Positions 24,407 to 35,975 of a stretch of 64,000 nucleotides of DNA are shown piece by piece. A program made the translations under genes and the position numbers. The stretch lies in assembly GCA_030264375.1 (NCBI GenBank), contig JASCQW010000190.1:25666409-25730408 (forward strand), given 5' to 3'. The DNA is from Carcharhinus longimanus. Its lineage: Eukaryota. The notes beneath the pieces are model-generated. The model saw only the letters and a program-made list of their open reading frames with translations. It was not told where the DNA came from and ran no database searches. Every line of letters begins with the position of its first letter. The stretch's first letter is position 1.

Positions 24407-26346
24407 NNNNNNNNNNNNNNNNNNNNNNNNNNNNNNNNNNNNNNNNNNNNNNNNNNNNNNNNNNNNNNNNNNNNNNNNNNNNNNNNNNNNNNNNNNNNNN
24501 NNNNNNNNNNNNNNNNNNNNNNNNNNNNNNNNNNNNNNNNNNNNNNNNNNNNNNNNNNNNNNNNNNNNNNNNNNNNNNNNNNNNNNNNNNNNNNNNNNNN
24601 NNNNNNNNNNNNNNNNNNNNNNNNNNNNNNNNNNNNNNNNNNNNNNNNNNNNNNNNNNNNNNNNNNNNNNNNNNNNNNNNNNNNNNNNTGCTACATGATC
24701 GAGCAGAAAGAGAAGCAGCAAACTGTGTGAGGGAAGTCAGATGGACCAGGGAGAAACGAGCCATCGACAAAGGAAACAGCTAGGAGTCGAGAAGGTAAAC
24801 TGAAGCAAGGTAATTTGAGGGTGCCACAGGGGTAGGGATGCAAGGGAGCGGTGGGGTCATGGGGAGAAAACCAGAGCAATGTTGTGTTTTCTTTACTGTC
24901 TTTGTTAATTTTAATACAGGCAGCTGCCCGCGATGTCTCTGTCAATGATCTCGGTCTGTGCAGGAAGTGCACCCTCTAGTGCTGTGGCATATGTAAACAC
25001 AATTCTTATCTCATTACAGTTGCGGTACTTGCCACGTGTTAATAAACTAATATACTTACTCATTAAAGAAAATCAAAGTGACAAATTCAAAGTAAGTTCA
25101 CTTGCTATCAAACACATTGGAAGATCTCGCGGATGTGAAAAATGCTTTAGAACGAGTTATGTTTTTTCTGAGGGGCACAAACGGCAACAATTTTGCTAAC
25201 ATTTCAAAAGTTTGACACTGGTAGAAATGAACAGATTGCAAGGAAAGAATGGATTTCTTCAAGGAACTATATTGGTATAAGCACTTAGTTATTTAGTGAA
25301 TGACTCAAAATGGGAGTGAAGTGCAATTTTAAACTTAGGTGACGTAAAACTTCAACAAACAATTATTTTGTTATATATTTCTACATGTGACCAAAAAGAA
25401 CACATTTGAGAAAAGAAGACATCATGTGAAGTAGGGTACAGAAATAGATTACGCTTAGCTCTGGCATAAAAGCTCAGTTTAAACTCTATATTTACTTTGG
25501 GTTTGTCTGAATCGGAGCTAAGAACATGACAGTAATCAAGATAGCTGAGAAAAGGTCTTTGGCTTGGGTAGTCTGGTGACCAACATAATTCACATTATAC
25601 CATTAGAGTTACTGATTTATATCTCTGTGACCCTCTGCCTCCCAAGTAATACATTGAGAAAATGCATTAAATGGACCTCATTATTTTTTCATTGATTCAT
25701 GTCTTCTTTAATCAAACAAATGCAAAAATCAGGTGGAAGGAAAATATAGAAAGAAAAATCAGTTTTAGATGGAGATTTCATTTCTTTTCCAAAATAGAAT
25801 CATGTTTTTCCAAAGCAGCAATGCTCCAGGTAGAGATATCCCAAACTATATAAAGATAAATGGAATAATGAAAGTTTTCAAGGAAACTAGACAACAGCCC
25901 AAAGTATAAATAAGATTATAGCTTTGCCAACTTAACTGAGTTTAGAGGTATGGCTTTGGCCTGACTGGAAGAACAAGCAATAAATAAATGGTTTGCCTCA
26001 GAATCAGAACATCTGGATTTTAATCTCATGGCTGTCCAATATTTAAAGATGGAAGTCTCAGTAAGCGGAGCTCCAAATACTAGCTGAAACATCACACAAG
26101 TACAATTTTCATCTCGGATGACTGGAAAGGTGCACAGTCTCGAATGTGCAATCCATTTTACATCACTCACTGGATAGTCAGGATATGGGCAGCGCAGTGG
26201 TTAGCACTGTTCTCAACACCAGTGACCTGGGGTTCAGGTGATGATTCATCACTATATACAAGTGAGAGGGTAGTACATTATGCAGGGGAAATCAACAAAT
26301 TAAAAGCCCCTCGTGGGTAGAATTTCTGGATGGAAGAGTAAATTAC

Positions 26347-26442
26347 CATTCAGGCTGTCCATGTGCACTTTCAGGTGTCGCTCACAGTTTGCTTTCGTTG
26401 TAAATGCTGATAGACAGATTAGACACACAAATGGCCTTTCAC
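26347..26442 (-). CDS. ZFPM1: ZFPM1/FOG1 coding exon (exon 8 equivalent): C2H2 finger 3; not in ORF track
   Basis: Acceptor ttgatcag|GT, donor AATG|gtaatt, 96 nt, phase 1 to 1. Encodes (G)[31 protein letters not shown](G), nearly identical to recalled FOG1 finger 3. Confidence 0.96.
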
Positions 26443-27098
26443 CTGATCAATAAGAGAACAAACAACAGTCTGAAAACCAATGACAATGGCAACATTGAAA
26501 GGTATAATTTTTAAAGGCAAGTGAATGTGCACTAACTCAACATCAATCTTAAAGTTTCTGTTTCTTACAAAATAACAAAGGTATTTAGATCAACCACCAC
26601 TTCAATATTTAATTCCATTCAAGCTGAATTGCTGCAGCTTAAAGTAGAGATTGCAAATTAATTACATGCCAATTTAAATCGCTTCCTTCTAAAATCTATG
26701 TTCTTGTCCTGTGGTAAGAGGTTAATTCTATTACTTTCATTAATATATTGCCCCCGCCTGCCCCCTTGCTCCCAATCCAATTTCACAATGGCAACAATTT
26801 GTACCTGCTGCTTTTGGCAACTTTCCTCTAGTTTCTTTTTAATTTGATAAAAGCAAAATACTGCGGATGCTGGAATTTGAAACAAAAACAGAAAATGCTG
26901 GAAAACCTCAGCAGGTCTGACAGCATCTGACCAGTTTCAAAGGGTCATCCAGCATCAAAACNNNNNNNNNNNNNNNNNNNNNNNNNNNNNNNNNNNNNNN
27001 NNNNNNNNNNNNNNNNNNNNNNNNNNNNNNNNNNNNNNNNNNNNNNNNNNNNNNNNNNNNNNNNNNNNNNNNNNNNNNNNNNNNNNNNNNNNNNNNNN

Positions 27099-27172
27099 GA
27101 TCTTATTGAATGGCGGGGCAGTCTCGAAGGGCTAGATGGCCTACTCCTGCTCCTATTTCTTATGTTCTTATG
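27099..27172 (+). mobile_element. Young CR1 3' tail after an N gap
   Basis: Same tail as 1-92. Confidence 0.8.
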
Positions 27173-27725
27173 TTCAAACCATAGGTGAATTTCACCATTG
27201 ATGAGCAAGGCATGTTTCTTTGACATTCGGAAAGGTTCATCATCAAGGTTTTACAAGATTCCAACAGATTATTGCATGCAGTGACAGAGTTTTACAGAAG
27301 AAGCACCCAAAGTTGCTTAAAAGAACACAGAGCTGGAAAAATAAACACTTCATGTGGCTACGGTGGCAGGGTTGCCACACAAAGTATCTAATTGTGCTGG
27401 CTAGTTTTCTTCGTTCCATCTGAGGATTCACTTCCCCAGCCCAAAGTCAAGACTTCCAGCCAGAGACTGAACATATGGCTTGTTTAAGTGGAGATTCATC
27501 TCTTGACTAGCATCCTCCTCCCGTGAAAACATTACTACCATGTACAAGCTACAGAACTGAGTTATGGATAAAACATTCACATTACAGTGAAGTTGATAGT
27601 GTTCTACATTGTCTAAGAATGTAGTGGTGTTCAGAACTGTACTCAAAAATAAAAATTTGAACATTGAGGCAAAATGCACTCTCAGCTTGGTTTTCTTTGC
27701 TTGTTTCATGAATATTAAACCATTT

Positions 27726-27909
27726 CATAGAATCCTACAGTGCAGAAGGAGGTCATTCAGCCCATCAGTTATTCCACCCAGGCCCTATCCCCATGCATTT
27801 ACCGTAGCTAGTCCCCTTGATAGTAAATGGCAATTTAACATGGCCAATCCACCTAACTTGCATATCCTTGGACGATGGGGAGGAACAGTGGGAATCGAAC
27901 CTGGGTCCC
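27726..27909 (-). mobile_element. HE1-type SINE, internally deleted
   Basis: catagaatcctacagtgcagaaggagg tail, agcatggccaatccacc-like core, gggaatcgaacctggg B box (reverse). Confidence 0.75.
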
Positions 27910-27984
27910 ATGTGCTCTTTTCTGGAAAGTTTGTCCAAAAATGAAATAGCCAGTGTAAATCCTTGTAACGGATTCAATTCATGG

Positions 27985-28870
27985 CCATTGCTGAATCCCT
28001 GACTATTAACATTCTGGGGGTTACCACTGACCAGCAAATTAACTGGAATAGCCAAATAAGCACTGTGGCTACAACAGCAGGTTAGCGGCTCGGAATTTTG
28101 TGGCAAGTAATTCATGTCCTGGCTCCCCAGAACTTGTCCACAGTCGACAAGGCACAAGTCAGGAGTGTGATGGAACACTCTCCGCTTGCCTGGATGGGTG
28201 CACCTCCAACAATATTGAAGAAACTTGACGTCATCCAGGACAAAGCAGCCNNNNNNNNNNNNNNNNNNNNNNNNNNNNNNNNNNNNNNNNNNNNNNNNNN
28301 NNNNNNNNNNNNNNNNNNNNNNNNNNNNNNNNNNNNNNNNNNNNNNNNNNATGGAACACTCTCCGCTTGCCTGGATGGGTTCACCTCCAACAATATTGAA
28401 GAAACTTGACGTCATCCAGGACAAAGCAGCCTGCTTGACTGGCAACCCTACCACCGCCTTCAATTTACACTCCCTCCACCACTGACGCACAGTGCCAGCA
28501 GTGTGCACCAACTACAAGATACACTGCAGCAACTCACCAAGGTTCCTTCGACAGCACCTACCAAAACCACGGTCTCTACCACCTAGAAGAGCAAGGGCAG
28601 CAGTTACATGGGAACACCACCACGAACAAGTTCCCCTTCAAACCACACACCCTCCTGATTTGGAACAATATCACAATTCCTTCGCTGTTGCCAGATCAGA
28701 ATCCAGGAGCTCTCTTCTTAACAGCACTGTGGCTGTTCTAACACCATATGGGCTGCAGCAGTTCAAGGTGGCGGCTCATCAATACCTTCTCAAAGGCATT
28801 TCTGCATTTATGAACGGACAATAAATATTGGCCTAGCCTGCAATGCCCACCTGCCATAAACAAACAAATT
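27985..28870 (+). mobile_element. CR1-clade LINE, second family, 3' portion
   Basis: KAQVRSVMEHSPLAWMGAPPTILKKLDVIQDKAACL; 3' end gcagcagttcaaggtggcggctcatca...caataaat. Confidence 0.8.
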
Positions 28871-28930
28871 TTAAAAACGTGAACTCTAATTTCATAATAG
28901 CTTTGAAAATATTATGACAGCCACTTTCAT

Positions 28931-29220
28931 TTTATTTATTAAAAGTGTCACAAGCAGGCTTACATTAATTAACAATGCAATACAGTTACTGTGAAAATCC
29001 TTTATCTGGCAAACTCTAGCTTCTGTTCAAGTACACTGAGGGGCAATTTAGCATGGCCAATGTGCCTAACCAGCACGTCATTCGGATTGTGGGAGGAAAC
29101 CCACACTGACATGGGGAGAATGTGCAGATTCTGCACAAACAGTGACCCGAGCCAGGAATCGAACCTCGGTCCCTGGTGTGGTGAGGCAGCAGTGCTAACC
29201 ACTGTGCCACTATGCTGCCC
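28931..29220 (-). mobile_element. V-SINE, alternative-tail subfamily
   Basis: Reverse complement of the 12208-12503 type. Confidence 0.85.
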
Positions 29221-29283
29221 ATTCAGTATGTGATTGGAAAAAATGTAAACTACAATGCAGTATTCAGAATGATATTCTGATTT

Positions 29284-29630
29284 GGGTGGCACGGTAGCAT
29301 AGTGGTTAGCACTGCTGCTTCGCAGCTCCAAGGACCTGGGTTCAATTCCCGGCTTGGCTCACTGTGTGGAGTTTGCACATTCTCCCCGTGTCTGTGTGCG
29401 TTTCCTCCGGGTGCTTTGGTTTCCCCCCACAGTCCAAAGATGTGTGGGTTAGGTTGATTGGCCATGCTAAAATTGCCCTTAGTGTCCTGAGATGCATAGG
29501 TTAGAAGGATTAGTGGGTAAATATGTAGGGATATGGGGGTAGGGCCTGGGTGGGATTGTGGTCGGTGCAGGCTCCATGGGCCAAATGTCTTCTTTCTGTA
29601 CTGCAGGATTTCTATTCTTCTATTTCTATG
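29284..29630 (+). mobile_element. HE1-type V-SINE, full length
   Basis: Head, V-domain, ggcctgggtgggattgtggtcggtgcag and a ttctat-type tail. Confidence 0.88.
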
Positions 29631-29819
29631 CTGTTTACATGTTTTGGAGCACCAAAATGATGTGACACGCTGTTGGAGAGACAAGTCCATGCCTACAATA
29701 CAAGATTCCCCTCTGAAAGTGGCAGTCAAGCAAGTGAGAAGCATCTTAATTTTATTTTATATGAAACGATCTGGAGAAACATTACAAATTCTAGATTTGA
29801 AAAACTTATCTACGAGAAT

Positions 29820-30155
29820 CTCCTTTTAAGATTGAAGGGTGACTTAATAAACAGCCTCAAAATTATGTAACGTTTTGACACAATAGACACAGTATTGCCA
29901 TGTGTATAGAAGAGCAAAACTAGAGGCCTTTTATATAAGAAGTTAAATAACAAATACAGAAGAAACATCTTCACTCAGTGTGAAGAATGTGAAACTTGCT
30001 ACTATGGCAATTAGTTGAGGAAAAAGAATTAAGAGGAATATGCTGATCGAATTAGATGAAGAAGGATAAGAGGAGGCTCGAGTGGAGAATAAACACTGGC
30101 TCGATTGGCTGGACTAAATGGCCTGTTTTTTCACTATGTTCAATGCCATTCTATG
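29820..30155 (+). mobile_element. Old CR1 3' end
   Basis: gattgaagggtgacttaata...gaggctcgagtggagaataaacactggc...aatggcctg. Confidence 0.65.
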
Positions 30156-30709
30156 TTACTGCAAATGAGGTAATGAGGTGAATAAGGGACTCATTCATTG
30201 TCCAGAACATTAGACTGCAATTTTTTCCGTTGATATATTTCTGACAAACATTTCCATTACAGGTGTTTCAACTGAACATGGGTTTTCCAAAACAGTCCAT
30301 AATGAATGGCAAGCAATGTGTCTATTAATTTAATTTTGAAGTCTTTTTCTCAAGTTAAACTAAAATGTGCCATCATTCATTGGATGAACAATATTAAACT
30401 ATTCTGAGCTTTTGAAATCACATCATAATTTAGAAAGCAACATTCCTCCTGCAATGCTAGAGTTTTCCACTTCACCCAGTGAAATTTCCCTGCCTTTACC
30501 TCTGTATAACTATGTAAAATAATGTTGTCTATTATCAGGAGTAAGTCAGATGTAACAATGAAGTGGCAAAAAAACAGCAAACACAGATTCACAAAGGAAG
30601 ACTGCAGCAATCTTTTAGACTTTTTAGAGGAGTTGAAAAGAATTGGACAATCGGAGGCCCCATGATGTGGTGCACTTCCAAAATGCCTCTGAAAAATATC
30701 TAAAAAATA

Positions 30710-31090
30710 CTGAACTTGTTTATGTGGCATCTTTCACAACCATAGGATATTCCAAAGCTATGCACAGCTAACTAATCACTGAAGTGTATTAACACTTGAA
30801 ATGCAGGGAAACCAATTTGCACAAAGCAAGGCCCCACAAATTTCAAGACCAGAACATCTGTATTGGTAATGTTANNNNNNNNNNNNNNNNNNNNNNNNNN
30901 NNNNNNNNNNCATGGGATTTATTTTGTTACATTCATCTGAGACGATGGACAGCTCAACAATTTAACACCTCATCCAAAATGCAGGATCTTCAAACATTCA
31001 AATCCTTCAGCATTCCATTCAACTGTCAGTTTAGATTATGTGCTTAAATTGGACCCGGAGGTGAGTGTGTTACGAGTGAACCAAGGCTGA
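30710..31090 (-). mobile_element. Degenerate SacSINE1/DeuSINE-like copy
   Basis: Reverse-complement similarity to 22255-22670 (tttaacacctcatccaaaa, gtcagtttagattatgtgc). Weaker remnants near 24040-24190 and 33230-33350. Confidence 0.5.
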
Positions 31091-31159
31091 TTGCCAACTA
31101 TAAAGCTTCTACTTAAGGTTCAAGTGGTGAGGTTACGAGGCTTTACCTGGGGATATATA

Positions 31160-31538
31160 CAAGCTGACAGCTGTGTACAAAATAATGAGAGACATGGACA
31201 GAGTGGATAGGGAGCAGCTGTTCCCCCTAATTGAAGGGTCAGTCACAAGGAGACATAGGTTCAAGGTGAGTGGCAGGAGGTTTAGCAGGAATTTGAGGAA
31301 AAACAATTTTTTTACCCAGAGGGTGGTGACGGTCTGGAATGCACTGCCCAGGAGGGTAGTAGAGGCAAGTTGCCTCACATCCTTAAAAAGGCATATGGAA
31401 GAGCATTTGACACATCATAACATTCAGGGCCACGGGCCAAGTGATGGTAGATGGGATTTGATGGGGGTTCAGGTGTTTCTAATGTATTGGTGTGGACTCG
31501 ATGGGCCGAAGGGACTCCTCTGCGCTGTACGATTCTAG
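31160..31538 (+). mobile_element. CR1 LINE 3' end
   Basis: YKIMRDMDRVDREQLFPL..TRRHRFKV..FFTQRVVTVWNALPRRVVEA, the ORF2 C-terminus, followed by a tail. Confidence 0.87.
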
Positions 31539-32265
31539 GTACAAAGCATTAGGCTTTTATTAGGGTAGTTATGTCACATCGGGGAAGTTCGTGTTACATC
31601 AGTTTTGGAATTCCTACTGAGCGTCCAACATCAGAGAATTCCAGCCAATGACTCTGGATCAATTCAGGGATTATTATGCAAAGCCTGGATTGCTAATTTG
31701 TCAGAATGACAAATCGGACATTCACTTTATATTACTTGATTTCATCGCTGTTGGCATGTCGTGGAACCTAATTGTACTTTTTGTGGCCGTAATACCACTA
31801 ACAGGTCACCAGAGCCAGAAACACAAATCATTTGTTCTGGAACACAGGCCATCGCTGACAGACTTGTGTTATAGTTAAGTGAAACAAACTTGTATTTGGA
31901 ATTTTGAATTGTTACTCTGTTATTCTTTTTTTGGATTGTTCGAGGNNNNNNGAACACTTTCTAACTATGCACTAAACATATAATTGGCAGATACCATTCC
32001 CTAGTGCTAACAAACATTGACTTGATGATTAAGTACCGACTACCATTTAGCTTCACAGCTCCTCCAAGTCAGCGTACTCATGTGATGATGTAATGATTTA
32101 ATTAATACTCATTTCTGTCCCACTTCTGTGGCGTCTCCAAGTTATTTCTTTTGTACTGAAATGGTTGCAATCCAGCACCCTAATTACCCCATTCTACACC
32201 CAGAATATTTTAAATTAAGACCTGCTGTATTAGAACAATTTAACTATAGGTGTAAATTTACTCAC

Positions 32266-32490
32266 CACTGTGACTACGAACATGGATCTCCAGCGAACTG
32301 GCACTGGGACAACTTTTGTTGCATTGCGGGAAGGGACAGATACGCTCATGTGGTGAAGGATCCTTGAGCTTTTCCTCTGTAGGAGTGGGTACAGATTTCT
32401 GCCGGCTGGCACAGTAATACATAAGGTGAGCTTGCAGGTTTCTTTCGCTCCGATACCAAATCCCACACGATTTACAGGGAAAGATGTCCT
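32266..32490 (-). CDS. ZFPM1: ZFPM1/FOG1 coding exon (exon 7 equivalent): CCHC finger 1 and C2H2 finger 2
   Basis: Acceptor gttccag|AG, donor AGTG|gtgagt, 225 nt, phase 1 to 1. Encodes [30 protein letters not shown]...[24 protein letters not shown](G); [11 protein letters not shown] is FOG1-type. Confidence 0.97.
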
Positions 32491-33445
32491 CTGGAACAAT
32501 CAAGTTTAAAATAAATATTCTGAAGAACTATAAATACAACAATTCTGATAAGTAACCAAAAATCTGCTTTGATATTCTTTTTCTTGTACAGATAGCAATT
32601 TCTCTATTTGCCTGTCTTCCGAGATCGTGACGAAAGGAATGCATACATAGTCTGATCCTACACACTAATCAACAAGATGTGAAACTGCTGTTAGGGGATA
32701 GCAGCCCTCTGTGACCCTCCTATGGATTCTCTCTTCCCTAACGAGTAGCACTTCCATCACTGCGACAGTCAACTCAATAGTGGGGGGGGGAGGGGGGGAG
32801 GGGTTAGTTATCAATGCAAATCAATATCCTGCTACAATATTATCATGGATCATCTTCAGACTTGAGTTTAATTTATCCTTCAATGATGAAGCTCGTTGGA
32901 AATATGGTGTATATTTTAAAATACCACATAAGGAAACAATTTTATCAATGACATTTAATAAGAGCCTCTGGTGCTCTGAAATATGATATGGCATGCACAT
33001 AATGAGCTGCTAAATCAAGCAAATTCATTTTATGATAAAAATACTGATTTATAAACAAAGCGAAGGAATGAAAAGGACAGGAGCAAGTATTTTATGCAAA
33101 ATATTAACCCATTTTCGCTTCAAAAACAAAATCCCAAACACATTATCTGTGCCCACCATCCTTTAATTAGTTTTCCAATTAACCTCTGTTGAAAATGTCA
33201 CCGTTTTAGCACTTAACATTCAACTGCTTCATTATCTGAGTACTGATGGAGTGCTACACTGTTGGGGGCACCGCCTTCCATGCAAGGTCTTCAACTAAGA
33301 CCCTGCCACATTTGCTTAATTAGCAAGTGACGACACTTCAAAAGTCATTCACTTAGTTTAATCTTCTCCAGTAAATAACAGAAGGCCACAGGAAGTTGTT
33401 ACTTTAGTGATTACATTAGCTGCTTTCTATTTCAGTGGAACTTAC

Positions 33446-33682
33446 TGTTGACAACTGCAGTAGCTAATATTGCAGCCATGCCCGCTTGCTGAGGAAGAAG
33501 CTGGATGTCAGAATGTAATGAAGCAGGGTAAGTGGTCGCTTGCTCCGAGCACTCTGCAGGCTCCACTGGCTCCATCTTAACACTTAGATTTAACACAGGG
33601 TAATTGTTACTCTGATCAACAATTGCTGTTAAACATTCTCCTTCTGCGATGGGCTTAGTGGTTTTGCACCAGATCTGATTAT
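33446..33682 (-). CDS. ZFPM1: ZFPM1/FOG1 coding exon (exon 6 equivalent)
   Basis: Acceptor ttttcctctacag|AT, donor AACA|gtaagt, 237 nt, phase 1 to 1. Encodes NQIWCKTTKPIAEGE...DIQLLPQQAGMAAILATAVVN(K), a FOG-family signature. Confidence 0.95.
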
Positions 33683-34261
33683 CTGTAGAGGAAAACAAGA
33701 CACTTTTGTGAAACAGTTCTGAAGTGTTCTAACAGTGCCAGAGCTTGGTAATACATCCAAAACATTCTATAAATCTGCAGCAGATAGTATTTATTGTTTG
33801 CTAGGGGACTGAGTTCATTTATTTACCACCCCCTCCTCCACTTATTTTCTGATTTTGTTCACTCAGAATAGAGGATTGAATTTGTTCTGATTTTTGCTTC
33901 CTTTCCTCTCCAGGGCTTCAGATTTGGTCTCAATTGAGGGGACAAGTCACCTTCCTCATCAGAAATTTCCATCAGCTCTGATATTGTTCATAGATTGGGG
34001 ATCTGATCCTACCTACCCTAGAGACGCAGTTAGTTAACTGGAACTTAAATCAATTGGGGGAGGACCACTGGGGACAATGGGAATGATCGATACGCAGACC
34101 AGGAGCCTCATAAAGGTGAAGAAATGAGAGAATACTTCTGTCAACCTACCTTAACCAACTTGTACAAACCTGGCTATTAGCTCAGGCTCAAAGGCCAAGG
34201 TTGCTGCAAGTAAGTAGTTCACAACACCAGGTTAAAGTCCAACAGGTTTATTTGGTAGCAC

Positions 34262-34290
34262 GAGCTTTCAGGGTGCTGTCCCTTCATCAG
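34262..34290 (-). ncRNA. Minimal type I hammerhead ribozyme motif
   Basis: CUGAUGA-AGGG-ACAGCA-CCCU-GAAA-GCUC, flanked by CAC/GUG as a short stem I. Palindromic AGCU stem III, as described for Penelope minimal hammerheads. Confidence 0.6.
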
Positions 34291-34363
34291 GTGAGTCGAA
34301 GGGCAGCACTCCGAAAGCTCGTGCTACCAAATAAACCTGTTGGAGTGCTGCCCTTCGACTCGC

Positions 34364-34392
34364 CTGATGAAGGGACAGCACTCTGAAAGCTC
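34364..34392 (+). ncRNA. Minimal type I hammerhead ribozyme motif (second arm)
   Basis: CUGAUGA-AGGG-ACAGCA-CUCU-GAAA-GCUC. Stem II has a G-U pair and stem I is weak. Confidence 0.5.
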
Positions 34393-35357
34393 GCTACCAA
34401 ATAAACCTGTTGGACTTTAACCTGGTGTTGTGAGGCTTCTTACTGTGCTTACCCGAGTCCAACACCGGCAACTCCACATCAAGGTTACTGCACCACGATG
34501 ACTGCTGACTAGAGCTAGACAATGATTGAAATGTGGACTGGAATGTAGCTGAGATCAATCATGATATTATCCAGGAAGGCAGGAACGAAGTTTATTTCAA
34601 GCCAGGAGTGAGTGGGCTGCAGTGTTGAGGGCCAGGATGGAGGCTAGCATGGAGGCTGGAGTACTGGGGGAAAAAAAAGTAGCATTCAGGACATGCTGAT
34701 GTGGGAAGAAGGATATGGAAACAGAGCTAGCAGGGAAGAGGTGGCCAGCCAGAGGTCTGGGGAGTGTAAATGCTAGCTAGAGCACTTGTGGTTAAGGATT
34801 AACTAAGCAGAAAAAACCACATGCTGTGTCAGATGGAGAACGCATCATCATGAAGGATTTACTAAATTACTACAATCGCACAACATTACAGTCAGACCCA
34901 CATTACAAACAGATTTTTAATGAAAGAAAGAAGTCCACCATATGTTCCATAAATATGCAAACACTTTCTGCAGCATGTTGCTGCTCTTGAAAATTTGAAT
35001 CAGCAAACAAAGGATCAAGCACATACATAAATTATAGTAACAGTGGTTAAACAAGGCAGGGGACTGTACATCTTTTTTTAAAGGAAAAGAGAATCTTTGG
35101 GGACAAGGTGGTTAGGAGGGAGCATTCGCTTCTAGTTGCAATAGCATCCTGGAATAACTCTTCCAGAGCAAATGAGGGCTGTGGCACAACTTCAAAGGGG
35201 TCAGAAAGCTGCTGAGCCACACACAAGCTAGAACCACAGATTTTTCATTCAATTAGTGAGGGCAGGCAGCGCTACAGAATCCTCAGAGCTGCCTCCTCTG
35301 GCCTCATGTTTGTTCTGATGTGGATATGCCTGCGTTGGACTTTGTTCATCAATGAAG

Positions 35358-35500
35358 TCATAGAATTTCTGCAGTGCAGAGAAGGCAATTTGGCCCATTG
35401 AGTCTGCATCGATCTTCCAAAAGAGCACACCACTTAGGCCCAATCTTCCATCCTAACCCTGTAACCCTGCAGATGACCAATCCATCCAAGTTGCACGTCT
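35358..35500 (-). mobile_element. HE1/CR1-type 3' tail fragment
   Basis: catagaatttctgcagtgcagagaaggcaatttggcccattgagtctgca, the same tail as the HE1 copies. Confidence 0.65.
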
Positions 35501-35729
35501 TGGCCACCAAGGGACCGGCTTGGCAACCAAGGAGATAAATTGCTTCCAAGTTGAAGTGAACTATTTAATTGATAAAGGATTAATCATAGCAGACCTTGTT
35601 GCTAGTGCAGAATATATTTAGAATATCATTGTTAGGGACAGCAGAGAATAAAGATTATTTTCAAGAAAGATTTTTTTTTGCCATGCTGGCCTCAAAGTAC
35701 TTGGGCATCATGAGTGAAATAAAGTCCGA

Positions 35730-35975
35730 CAGATGCAATGCTGTATCATCTTCACCATATATAAACAAAGAAACATGTTTACATCTGAGGGAACCATTAC
35801 CACAGAGCAACATAACCACATCTGTTACTAACCACAAAGGGTTTTTTTTCTCTGATAAGTCATTATCATACCTATCTACGAGGCATCCCACTGCTACCAC
35901 TACTCTGGCTTGGTGGTTGCACCTTTCAAAATGTGAATGCCTTCTCTAGCATCGAGCAAAAATCTTACCAGATAA
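35730..35975. promoter_or_regulatory. Candidate haematopoietic intronic enhancer (GATA/RUNX/E-box/FOX cluster)
   Basis: 3 ACCACA, 3 CAGATG/CATCTG, 4 WGATAR and a TGTTTAC in about 250 bp; motif-only evidence. Confidence 0.5.

Larger units (their letters stand above)
34209..34481. mobile_element. Non-autonomous Penelope-type element, fold-back structure, with hammerhead motifs
   Basis: Inverted arms 34219-34312 and 34342-34433. TSD caaggttgctgca (34196-34208) / caaggttactgca (34480-34492). CTGATGA..GAAAGCTC on both strands. Confidence 0.72.

Noticed and set aside
24212-24783. Several long ORFs in the track
   Set aside because: Inflated by N runs and overlapping a SINE.
28170-28430. ~80-bp near-exact tandem duplication (MEHSPLAWMG...DKAA twice)
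   Set aside because: The copies flank a 100-N gap; most likely an unmerged contig overlap or two haplotypes.
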